From assembly GCA_002269645.1 (NCBI GenBank), contig NIVC01003581.1:1-64000 (forward strand): a stretch of DNA of 64,000 bases, read 5' to 3'. Below the pieces are notes generated by a model. It was not told where the DNA came from, did not search any database, and was given only the letters and a program-made list of their open reading frames with translations. Below are positions 11,819 to 23,024 of this stretch, piece after piece; position 1 is the first letter of the stretch; each line of letters opens with the position of its first letter. The position numbers were made by a program, and so were the translations under genes. This stretch comes from Macrostomum lignano (taxonomy: Eukaryota).

Positions 11819-13120
11819 TCATTCAGGTGATGAATCCTGCAGCACAAATTGTCTGCTTGGCTCGGAGGTCTTTTGCCTTGAACTGCCGGTGGAGCGCTTG
11901 ACAGACTTGTGAGTTCTTGATCCTGATTGTGGCATATTTTCTGACTCACGGTCCATACGCCGCTTGCGGCCACCATCGCGATCAACAGCATTTTTAAGTG
12001 CAGATGCAATTGCTGACGAGATATCTGAATCGGTCGCGTCCTTATAGCTCTTGCGAACAGCGCAACGCACAAGAGGCTCAAAGGGCAGAAATGATCTTTT
12101 GCTGTCTGATCCCGTTCTGTTGTGAAGTATTTGCATCTCGTTTGTCATTAGCCCAGAAATTATCTTCACAACTGCCTTTTTCATCGTGTTACCACCGAGA
12201 AGAGAAAGAGCTCGAGTAGCCTTTTGGTGCCAGTCTTGATCTCTAGTCATCTCGAGAAGGCTTTCTACTTATTCGATTGAATTAGCCGGTGAGATATGGA
12301 AGTCCTCGTCTGTGTCGATAATTTGGCTGCCTCGCTGCGCGAGACTCTCAAGTGCAGCTATACGACGAAGAATAAGGCAGCACAGAAAGTAGCACGCTTC
12401 AGTCGAAAATGGCCGGTAGCCAGCACTGACGACACGCGAATCAACAGCTGCTGTTGCCGGTGTTCCAGGCATGACTCGTGGAGCAGTCAGTGTAGCGTGC
12501 ACACAGTGTCGGAAGCCATCGGCCGGTCTCCTTGAATAGTTGGTGCACTGCCTGCTACTGGTTGTGGCGGCATTATCGGACCAGTAGTGATTGTTGGGAA
12601 GCCAGCTGTTGAAGTTGAGCGACTGTCACTAAGACTTGTAACGCTGGTTGTTGCATGTTGCTGGTCAGGCAATGGCAACAGAGTCAATGGTTGGGGTTCC
12701 AAAATTCGTTGACAAGTGTGGTGCTTGGTTTGTTGGCCCTGACACTCGCACTAGATGCAACATAGCTTGCTTCTTCTGCGTCACTAAATTCAGTTGTTTC
12801 GCCTCCATCACAAGCAAAAAATGTGTTGGGGGCAGGCAGTACTGTTCGTCTCGTAGTGGCGAACCTAGGGATTCGGGCCACTAATTGCTGAATAGTGACA
12901 CCAGTGACTTTTTTGGTTCTAATGCAGTATGCACGAGTTGGAATTAAAAATGATTCCTCCTCTGCCACTTGCACACAGATAGCAGGAACACTACTTTCAT
13001 CAAAGTTGACAGCTAAGTTAATGTGTTCAGCCTGATTTGCCAGAGCCTTTCTGTAAATTTCTTCAGAAAAGTTTGTTTCACTTATTGGGTATGGCGAAAG
13101 GCTCAAACTCAGTTTGTTTG
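11819..13120 (-). pseudogene. Degenerate CACTA/EnSpm accessory gene (DUF4806-like ORF2)
   Basis: N-terminal AVNF..FLIP segment, low-complexity linker, and LSLLGG..KAVVKIISGLMTN..NRTG..K.SF..AV..IASALKNAVDRDGGRKRR; broken over four ORFs. Confidence 0.6.
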
Positions 13121-14069
13121 TCCGATGGAAAATTGAGCAGAGCCCAATTAATTCTGCTAAAGGGTAGCATATCTGCAAGAAATATGAATTAATGTTAAAT
13201 AGTTACACTTTTATTGAGATTCAATACTAATTCGGTGACATTAATAAAAAATTATAGGAATAGATAAAAAATAGATAAAAAAATAATAAAATGTCTATAC
13301 AAGTTCATTTTTTGACATAATCAATATAACATAGTAGAAGTAAAAAAAAGGATGAAATGTAATTTTGCTAGATTAGTTATTTTTTGTTCTACTACTAATA
13401 CTCAATACTAATATAATACTGTCGTAGGGGTATTCCCGTACGATACAAAACCCCACTGCTGTTACCAAATTGTCGTAAGGCTTACTTCTGTCCTCCAATT
13501 ATCCCAATATTGTCACCAAAGTTGTCACAGGGCTGATTCTTCCTTCTAAATAATATCTCACTAATTCTACTGCTGACACCAAATCTTCCTTAATGTTTCT
13601 ACCTGTTTCTTAGAATTTCATTTGGATATGCTGGTAGCGTTTTTATGTATTAGTCTGGTAGCGTCTTATGTATTAGTCTGGTAGCGTTCTTAGTATATGG
13701 TCTGAGCGGTCTTACTGGTATATGTACTTTCTCTCTCCAGTCTGGGCGTTACCGAGATTAGAGGGTCACAGCGATTACTCTTGGTACTACTCTTTGCATG
13801 AATCCCAATTGCAACCTCCAACCTTCTTTACAATTACTCTTAGAAATGAACAATGATCTGAGAACGATTTATAGAACACGTTTTGAGCTTATAGCTATTG
13901 AACGAGTGTTATCTTTTCTTGCCTACAATTCTCTTCCTTTTATACTAGTGTATTTTAAACAAATTGTTACAAGTTGAAAATATTTTGAGTATTAAAACAA
14001 CGAATATAAATTTCGCTCTAATTTGAAAAACGAGTTTATAAGAAACAAAAGGTACCGCTATTACAATAC

Positions 14070-15087
14070 TGAGGTGGGGGTGGAGAAGATCTTTTCTTGC
14101 ACGGTTGTTTTGAATTTGCAGACACCAGTGAGGTGGGGCGGATTCCTCGTTTGAATTGCCGCCGGCGTTGAGTTCGCACGAATAAAACCGGAAAAACGCG
14201 CAGACGAATCACAACGAAATTTCTTCTCCTGTTGTACTCCGACAGCCGGGTTCTCAAGTCCGGGGGGAGGGTAGTTGCAGTCGTAGCGGAGCGGTCGTGT
14301 AGCGGCGCGGTCGTTCAAAGCGATGAAACACCGGAGATACAGGCACCGTAAATTAATGTGTCGATTTGCTGAGCTTGTTACTTTCAGTAGGGTAGAGCTG
14401 CCACCACCGTAATTTATGTATTACGGAACGAATCAGTCTCTGAGCTTTCTTTGAGCTGAGAAAACTTGGTTATTTAACGCCCCACGGGCAAAAGACTCAA
14501 GATAGGCTATGGCTTAATGTCAACGAATGAATATTAATATACTGGCGGGATATGAATTTTATTTATTGGTTTGAGCAGGATAACTGATAGATTATTTAAT
14601 TATTGACGGAGATGGACTCGGCGTGCCGCGGTGCGACGACTAATTAACTAATAAATTGACCAAAACTTATACAACTAAGATAGGCAAAGACAAACAAAAC
14701 AAGAGAGAGAGAGATAAACGTAAGCGGAGCCGAGAAAAGGTGTTTAAAAACATAAACTCACACATGCTCGTATATAAGCAAAAAATGAGCGAAATCCGCG
14801 GCTGGACCAGAATAAGGAAAATTACACATACGCGTTTGGTCCAGCGGCAGCAAAGTAACAAAAACATACAATTAAGCGTGATACGAAAGGGGGCATACGG
14901 AGGGAAACACTTACACGGGATGGGAATTAAAGAAATCCCATAGCGGGATGGGGTGCGTGATAAACTTTTCGAAAAACTGTCCCGGCTTGGGAAATGTGCA
15001 CTTAACGTGAAACATCAATTTTGAATTTTGAAAGTTTTAAAACTGCAAAAATAAATATTAAAGAAACAGGGGCAGCCACCTGCCACA
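14070..15087 (-). mobile_element. Solo LTR (1018 bp) of the element B/C Gypsy lineage
   Basis: TGAGGTGGGGG...CCTGCCACA termini as in B and C; 4-bp TSD ATAC (14066-14069; the right copy is split by the Mutator insertion: ATA 15088-15090 / C 30859). Confidence 0.85.
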
Positions 15088-15744
15088 ATAATGTATTGGT
15101 TTCCCGACAGACATTCAGACAGACATTCAGAAATCGTTCATTAAATGTTTAACAAAATTGTCTATTTATTACGCAAGATACTGTGAATTTATAGAAACTT
15201 TTACGCATGTCTCTGCTTTAAAAAGACACCTCAGACACACACAAAGACGCTTCACAAGCTGAGATATTCCCTAGCAACTGTTGTTACGACGTTTCCCAAT
15301 ATACCGAATACTGTATATAGTAGTTTTTTGAGAAGCCACTACATCGTCCCACTTTGGTCTTTCTGCATGAAATTTGCACAGCTGTTTTACGCATGTCTCT
15401 GCTTTAAAAAGCTTACGGCTCGACTAAGGAAATAGTTCCGAAGAGATTCAATGTGCTGAGAGCCTTTGCTACCACCGTCTAGCAAGGAAAGAAAATCGCT
15501 CTGCTGCATAGCAACTCCATCTGCTCCGCTAGCAATTGCAGCCAAGTAGCCGTACACAACCTGATAATATTTTTAATACCTTCTACACATTAAATTACGT
15601 ACATACCGTAATGCTATGACGCAAAGCACTTCCTACAAATTTCTTACCGCATAGTCCAGCCAGTTCGTACCATTGAGTGATGCTAATTGCTCTTCTGAAA
15701 TTGGCGTTCCTCTTACATCTCGTACAGCCGAAATTTTTGAGCTG

Positions 15745-16040
15745 GGCGGTTGCTGAGAGTCGCGTGGCAGTTGCTGAGAGTCGCATGGCGGTTGCTGAGA
15801 GTCGCGTGGCAGTTGCTGAGAGTCGCGTGGCGGTTGCTGAGAGTCGCGTGGCGGTTGCTGAGAGTCGCGTGGCGGTTGCTGAGAGTCGCGTGGCGGTTGC
15901 TGAGAGTCGCGTGGCGGTTGCTGAGACTCGCGTGGCGGTTGCTGAGAGTCGCGTGGCGGTTGCTGAGAGTCGCGTGGCGGTTGCTGAGACTCGCGTGGCG
16001 GTTGCTGAGAGTCGCGTGGCGGTTGCTGAGAGTCGAGTGG
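15745..16040 (-). repeat. 21-bp coding minisatellite, 14 copies, encoding (R/L/C)(D/E)SQQ(P/L)P
   Basis: GGCGGTTGCTGAGAGTCGCGT units in frame within ORF 15633-16421. Confidence 0.95.
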
Positions 16041-17980
16041 CGATTTTGGAAACTCACAGGGGGGAGGCTGTGACTTTGTTCGTGGTGTCTGCCTACTGTT
16101 TGAGTATCTGCATCGTTTTTTGCCCCAGCTTTCTTCAGCCCCATCAGCTGTCTCCGCCGCGGCCTTCCTTTTTCGTTGGCAAAATCGTGGTGGAGCAACT
16201 TGCCCAAGTAATTTCGCCTCCTTTATCCTTTCATGACAGAAACTTGCGGTTAATTTCGAGAACTCTGCGACAGAGACGGGTAGCTGAAATTTGGATTTTA
16301 TCCTCTTAAACCAGCTCTCAATGTGAGCATTTGAAAAAGGAGACCACGCGGCTTTCCAAGAATTCATGGTTCCAGACGCAGGCAGCCCATAAGGGAAAGT
16401 AGGAGAGGTATCGGATGACAAACATTTCGACTATTTCCGGTGAATGCAATTCGTTATCGATAGCAACTTCCTCCACTTCCACAGTGCTATTAGCGATTGA
16501 TGTCCTCCATGCATTAAAGTACTCATAAAAGGGCGATCGTTTGTATAATGAACTATTCGTTTCGTCCTCATTAGTACTGTCATTGTCTTCGTGATCTCCT
16601 TCCTCTGACTGTCCGTCTGAGTTGGTCCCTTGCTCATCATCTTTGCTGTTATAGGGTTTGGACATTATACGCTGGCATACTTTCGCAGACTTTGTCAAAA
16701 AAATGTTCATTGCATCCTGAATTGTTGACTTAACTTCTTCTACAACCTTAATAGTCATAACTCTGTAGAAGTATCTCAAAAAAGTGTCCCTGATTCGCTT
16801 TGAATACTTCTTCTGCTTTAGATACCGGCTTACTGAATGCATTAGATGATTTGTACAGAGCATTACCCCGTAACTGTTACAGAAGTGTTGGCTTTTTCGG
16901 AAATAGTGATATTGCATATTTAAATACGTCTCCAAATCGCATTGGTGGAATTCAAAGCAGCTATGTATCAGTGCCCAGGAAAAGTCTGTCACCCATAGGA
17001 TTGGTACGTAGGCTTGCCTAAACCGTGACATCATGTTGACGATATGATGGCGCAGAACACGCAAGAAATGTGCTATTGATGCGACAGAATGTCCGTTTGT
17101 AATGCAGTCTGCTATTGAGACAGATTTCACGCGGTTGGTAGCTGTTGTTACAATAGAGTACAGGAATACGCGTCCGATATAATCCGCTTTTTTAATTATC
17201 GATCCGGTGGCGTTAATATGAAGAACATTAAGCTCATTTTCCTGTATTAGGTCGATTAAATATTGCAGTTGGTAACCAGAGTACAAAACGACACGCAGGG
17301 GATCAGCGCAGCGCTCTCTAACTATTCCCGGCAAGTACTCGTGTGGGTATTCTTCTTGTAGAGCAGTCTGCATAATGAGTAATTCCATATTAACGTCCTT
17401 ATGTAGTAATTTCGCCTCATTTACCTTTTTGGCTATTCTTTCCATTACAAATTTCGATTTGCATGAGTCAAAGTTTTTGCTCAAGACGTGACGCATGTGC
17501 TGATCTTCATTCGACAGCTTTCGATGCGCTCCAGACGCCCCATGCTCTGCGACAAGTTTTGTGAAATTTTCTTCCTCATCCTCTGTTATTCTTCTAAAAG
17601 TTGATGATTCGGCTTTCGAGTGGTCAAAGAGACCTCGTCCGATGACGTGCCACTCCCAGCGTTCTTGCGATTGGGGTTCTTCCTTCATTACAAAAGTAAG
17701 TTCTCTCTTGCACCCATGCATCTTGCACGCAGCCCTTACTGTCCAGAAATTCGTAGATTTTTTTCTAGATTCAACCGCACTAATATGACAGTAACCCCTC
17801 ATGCGCAGGCAACAAGACGATACAGATCTCAATGATTTGCAGAGAGCTTCATTTAGTGCTGGCTTCGAAAAAACATACTTGGAATTATTGATTCGTAAAT
17901 TAATCTTCCTTATAGCGTTAATCGATATTGTCACTGTCGCTGTCACTTCATTCCTTGAGGAGCAGTCCATAACAAGTTGC

Positions 17981-18048
17981 CCTTCAGGAGTCCCTTCAAG
18001 AGTCCCTTCAGGAGTCCCTTCAGGAGTCCCTTCAGGAGTCCCTTCAGG
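17981..18048 (-). repeat. 12-bp coding repeat encoding (EGTP)n
   Basis: CCTTCAGGAGTC x5-6 inside ORF 16318-18282. Confidence 0.9.
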
Positions 18049-18454
18049 ACTTCCGGCTCTCTCATTGTTGGTCGCCTGGCCAGCTGCTGGCTGGGCTTCA
18101 GCATGGCCACTGGTTGGCTGATATTCAGTGGAGCTATGAGGTCTAAAAGAATTGCTGTTCTGTTGGAAACAAGACTCATCTTCATGAGGAGGTTGTCCGG
18201 GCGAACATCGGGTACTACATGTAGATGTGGCTTTCCGAAGCCAATTCCACATAGTCATACGATTTCTCAAGTTATTTCTCATTCCCAGTCGCGAGCATAA
18301 AAACGAGAAAATAGGATCTCGATTTCGGTAATCTTTAGGAATGGAGTGCGCCTTCCTTGCCCGAGAGACGGCATCGTCGATCTGGGAAGTAAGTCAACAG
18401 TAGTAAGCCATAATTTAGCACTCCAAATTACATTGCAAAACCTACATGTACATA

Positions 18455-19361
18455 CAAGGACCACTGTAGAAAAAGGACTCGACACTCACAAACCACGTAA
18501 AAATTTTTGAAGGCTGATTTTCAGTTTGATGCTGCCTCTTCAGATACAGACATTAAGATGATTTTTTGACTACATTAGCAGCTGAATTTTTAAAGAAAAT
18601 TGGCCATTGGCTGACCTTACCACCCAGTTTAGTGATGCTTGCCACTTACAAAGATTTTTGTACTGTCCTCTGATAGTGCAGTGATACGGCTAATGCTTTT
18701 TGTATATTGTATCAGTTTGCATCTCTGCAGCTCACTTCTGTTCTGTTGTGGAATTAACGAACGCAGAAACAAGATAGATAATTATCCGGGCGCTCAGTGG
18801 CACCAAAAGAAGGGCTTGGCCAATAGGAGGGCGGCTCGTATATTTATGCACGCGGGGAAGGAAAGTTCTAGAAAGACCGGGGAAGGAAACTTCTGGAACT
18901 ATGCGTAAACAAGTCCGCGGTGGAAGTTTCTAGAAACGCTGTCCCCGAACTACCCCTACGCCTCGCATGCCTTTGCAATACACAACAACTTCTGCCGGCT
19001 GATTTCTTCTGTGATACATTGTGATAAGAGGTTCTCAGTAAGCAATTATGGCAATTAATTTATGGCAATTATGGCATATTGCACGAGGTGTCTCGTACTT
19101 GAAAATCTTGAAAGTCTAGTGCTTGTAGCCATTTATTGAAAAAAAATTAATAGAAAAAACTACATGTATGCATGTAATTACGTGCACAACATGCATCAAA
19201 AATGATCAGAGCAATAAGCATGAATAAAGCACAAATTTATGTGGTTGCACAAAAATGGCGCACTGGTAGTCAGACACGAAGCCTGCGGAAAATCAGCCTT
19301 CAAAAATTTTTCCGTAGTTCGTGAGTGCCGAGTCCTTCTTCTCGCACTACAGTGGTCCTTG
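18455..19361. mobile_element. 907-bp cassette bounded by inverted repeats (putative non-autonomous hAT-like element) nested in the MULE
   Basis: Perfect 15-bp termini CAAGGACCACTGTAG / CTACAGTGGTCCTTG, with imperfect inverted similarity continuing ~75 bp; 8-bp flanks only 5/8 identical (TGTACATA vs CCTATATA). Confidence 0.55.
18838..18936 (-). promoter_or_regulatory. Cluster of three perfect heat-shock elements with a TATA-like box
   Basis: nGAAnnTTCnnGAAn at 18860-18874, 18885-18899 and 18922-18936; CATAAATA on the minus strand ~12 bp beyond the nearest HSE. Confidence 0.75.
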
Positions 19362-19862
19362 CCTATATAGCCATTCGTAGACGTCAGTCTCTCACAAAGC
19401 CAAAAAAAAGCTTACTTCTTCCTTGGTAGGGAAACTCATTGAGATGGTGACCAGGAACAAAGCCAAAATGCATATTGACAACCTCATGCCGAAAAAAACT
19501 GTCAGATGAATTAAGTACCAAAATATGCTAGTGCTTATTGTACTATTGCCAATATAAGATAGAGATATTGTAGTCAGTAGAGACAATTCATCCATATTGT
19601 CAAAATGAGCTTGTTAGTGAGAAAGATTATATACCAAAACAGGGTGCAGGCATATTCTGTGTTAGGCCTCTTGCGTAATGTACATGGCAAAATGACAACG
19701 AATGTACATAAAGAAAAACTGCCTCCTGTACAGTGTTAATATTGCTGATAGATCTGCCTAAAGAAAAGTGCTTCAGATCGGTAGAAGGCAAATACAAGTA
19801 TAACGTACATTCCATGCCGGTGTCCAAATGCAAGTTAGATATGAGCATGCCTTCAGGCAACC

Positions 19863-20325
19863 GTTGCTAGGGAATATCTCTTATGAATGAAGCTTGTGAA
19901 GCGTCTTTGTGTGTGTCTGAGGTGTCTTTTTAAAGCAGAGACATGCGTAAAACAGCTGTGCAAATTTCATGCAGAAAGACCAAAGTGGGACGATGTAGTG
20001 GCTTCTCAAAAAACTACTATATACAGTATTCGGTATATTGGGAAACGTCGTAACAACAGTTGCTAGGGAATATCTCAGCTTGTGAAGCGTCTTTGTGTGT
20101 GTCTGAGGTGTCTTTTTAAAGCAGAGACATGCGTAAAACAGCTGTGCAAATTTCATGCAGAAAAACCAAAGTGGGACGATGTAGTGGCTTCTCAAAAAAC
20201 TACTATATACAGTATTCGGTATATTGGGAAACGTCGTAACAACAGTTGCTAGGGAATATCTCAGCTTGTGAAGCGTCTTTGTGTGTGTCTGAGGTGTCTT
20301 TTTAAAGCAGAGACATGCGTAAAAG
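19863..20325. repeat. 186-bp tandem repeat array in the MULE right TIR (~2.5 units; ~1.2 units in the left TIR at 15190-15411)
   Basis: GTTGCTAGGGAATATCTC recurs at 19863, 20059 and 20245. Confidence 0.9.
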
Positions 20326-20406
20326 TTTCTATAAATTCACAGTATCTTGCGTAATAAATAGACAATTTTGTTAAACATTTAATGAACGATTTCTGAATGT
20401 CTGTCT

Positions 20407-21459
20407 TGAGGCGGGGGTGGAGGAGATTTTCTTGAAAATTGGGCGGTTTTGAAAATTTGCTGACACCAGTGAGCTGGGCGGATTCCTCGTTTGAATTTCC
20501 GCCGAATGTTGAGTTCGCACGAATAAAACCGGAAAAATCGCGCAGACGAATCTCAACAGGAAAATCTTTCTCCTTTTACTCCGGCTGCCGGGTTCTCAAG
20601 TCCGGGGGGAGGGTAGTCGTAATCGTAGCGGAGCGGTCGTGTAGCGGCGAGGTCGTTCAAATCGATGAAACACTGTAATTGGAGATTCCTGACTCCGTAA
20701 AATAATGCGTCGAATAGCTGAGTTTGCTACTTTCAGTAGGGTAGTTGCTGCCACCACCGTAATTTACGTATTACGGAACGGATAAGTCCCAGAGCTATCT
20801 TTGAGATGAGGACTTGGTTATTTTATGCCCCACGGGCAAATGATTCAATAAAACGCTATGGCTTAATGTCAACGGGTAAATATAGATTAATGTATGGTTA
20901 ATGGTTAACGTTATTATTATTAACTGTAAGCAGGCGAAAGTAAATAATATTATTATTGTCGACGAGGATGATGTTCGCAGGCGGTACCTGGGTGCTGAAT
21001 GCGATCGGGATTTAATACAACTGGGCGCGCTGAATATTAAGTACGAAGGAAAAAACGCGGGCACAGAAGAGGAAGAGAAAGGGAGCGTGAGAAAGAGGGA
21101 GAGAGAGAGAGCAGCAATTACACCAAAAGATAAGGGGTTTAAATAGACCGCAGAAATGGTTCTCACAATGGAGCAACGGCTGGGCTAGGTGGTGGGCACG
21201 CACCATTCACAACATGGATTTTCGCAAAAGTTACCGTAATGAGCGCATTTTAACAAACCTCCAGTATGAGGGCATGCATGAACACCGCGTGGATTAAACG
21301 GTGGACAAACCCGATGGACGAAGTCCAACTCGGGGAAAGGTTGGACTCGAACCACGCTAAGGAAAAAAAAACAGAAACGAAGCATCACGCGGACAGTCAA
21401 AATTAGTCACCGTCACAGGTCCCGTTCACTAAAATCAATAGTGGCATCCGCCTGCCACA
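20407..21459 (-). repeat. 3' LTR of element B
   Basis: Matches 29766-30819 with about 5 substitutions and 1 indel counted by eye; TG...CA termini. Confidence 0.95.
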
Positions 21460-21491
21460 TGCGCGGGGCGGCCGGGGACATGTCGAACAAT

Positions 21492-22246
21492 TCAACAGCC
21501 GCCGCCGTTGCAGCTGTAGCGGCCTCGGGCGGCGGAAATGCGGCCTCCGCGATTGGCTGAGCGAGTCGCACGTTCGGCTCCGTTGGGCTGGGCTGGTGGG
21601 TCAGGCTGAGCATTGGTGGTGGCCCTCGGCGGGCGGGAGGCTGGCGCGGAGCTGGCGAGGCGCGCGTCCCGGCATAGTTGATCTAACATAGCCGGTATCC
21701 GGTGGCATTGGCCTTGGTTGACCAGAAGATTAGTCAGCGTGGCACAGGGCCCAAGTTGTTGGCCAGTCGTCTCTAGGCGTAGGCGATCGCCTAGAAGGGC
21801 CATAGTGGTCTCGATGGCCGTGGTGGCATCGCGCCGGGAGTGTTGCCGGGCCAGCTGACTCCAGGTAAGGCAGTCGTTCAGGAACAACGGCCCGGGCCCA
21901 CTAATGGTTTCCCAAAAGAGGAGCTCGGCGAGCTGGCGGGCCGGTCGCAGCTCCGGAGTTGGGGCCGGAACCTCCCCGTTGGCCGGCGAAGACGGGGGCG
22001 TGTCGGCCCGCTCCTCGAGCAGGCGTACAGCTTCATGAACCACGTCTTCATTCACGGCGACCGCGTCGACGGCTTCTAAAAAAGGATTTAACCAGTGGTC
22101 GATGAGGTCGACCTCCGGACTCGGGGCTGGCGCGGGGGCGGATTCAATCCCGGCGAATTATTAGCGTTTTCCAACATCTCGCGAAACGCCGGTTCGAAGT
22201 CTTCTTGGTTGATTCCCATCATTGGGTCGTCGTGCAGATGGTCCAT
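21492..22246 (-). pseudogene. Accessory ORF of element B between pol and the 3' LTR (frameshifted; unknown function)
   Basis: ATG at 22246 (MDHLHDDPMM...) and an open frame from ~22160 to 21492 (VDLIDHWLNPFLEAV...LCRDARL); no clear env-like transmembrane segment. Confidence 0.45.
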
Positions 22247-23024
22247 GTCCGTCGGGATTAGCACGAGGGGCAAACAAAATAAATAGAGATATATATACAC
22301 AAAATATTTACAAGATAGCTCAGTGGGGTCGCAGTTGAAAAGGAATAAAAATCGCCGATTAGTTTAATTACAAAAGGATCGCAAGGAAGTTTACAATATG
22401 CGACAAACAGAGCCACTTGACTGCCATATATACTCGGAAAAACTGCCCAAGCGGTGAATAAAGGAGATTCACACGCTGGAACAGGGCACCAGTCATCACT
22501 CCGCGTGTACTCTATGGTGAACGCGCACGGAGGAGGGGTGGGTGACCCATAGAGGAGTAATAAAACAGATAGCGAACCGCGGCAAAAGGGGGGGGGTCTA
22601 ACTTAGAATGAAAGGGCGCCTTAAACGGCTCACATCAAATGGGGCGGTTAAAAAAAAGGCTGGTTAGCACACAAACAACAAATAAATTAGTAAAGGAGCA
22701 AAGGCGGGTTCCGTACTAATAATAATGTTATAATAAAGTAGGTTAGCTACCGATATGGCATGCAGAGACTTCATAAGGAGTTACAAGGCAGGGAATACTA
22801 CTGGCACTGGGAGAGGGGGGGAGCCAAAATTAGCGGCCCTCACAATGTTCCCAGGCTCGAAACAAAATCGAACAAAGAGCGGGGGGTCGAGGCCTAGAAC
22901 AGGGGCGCTTGACCTGAGCGGCAAAAGACAGTTTGGCCCTTAGACAGTGGGCTGGCAAACTTAGAAAGAAAATTAAAGATTACCTACAGCTTTAATCGAA
23001 CTGTAAGGTGTACAAATTCGCTGC

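Larger units (their letters stand above)
15417..18282 (-). pseudogene. MULE transposase with the start of a C-terminal Ulp1/C48-like protease domain
   Basis: LHINATG (N at the expected first catalytic D), VTDFSWA, LCTNH (CxxH), SNAHIESWFK after a 1-nt frameshift at ~16335; LASLNGTNWLDYA|VVYGYL joined across a GT-AG intron at 15561-15647. Confidence 0.75.

Noticed and set aside
22076-22092. 17-nt GT-AG segment whose removal would fuse the two ORF3 frames of element B
   Set aside because: Far below known metazoan minimum intron size; a simple frameshift or a longer intron using this acceptor is more plausible
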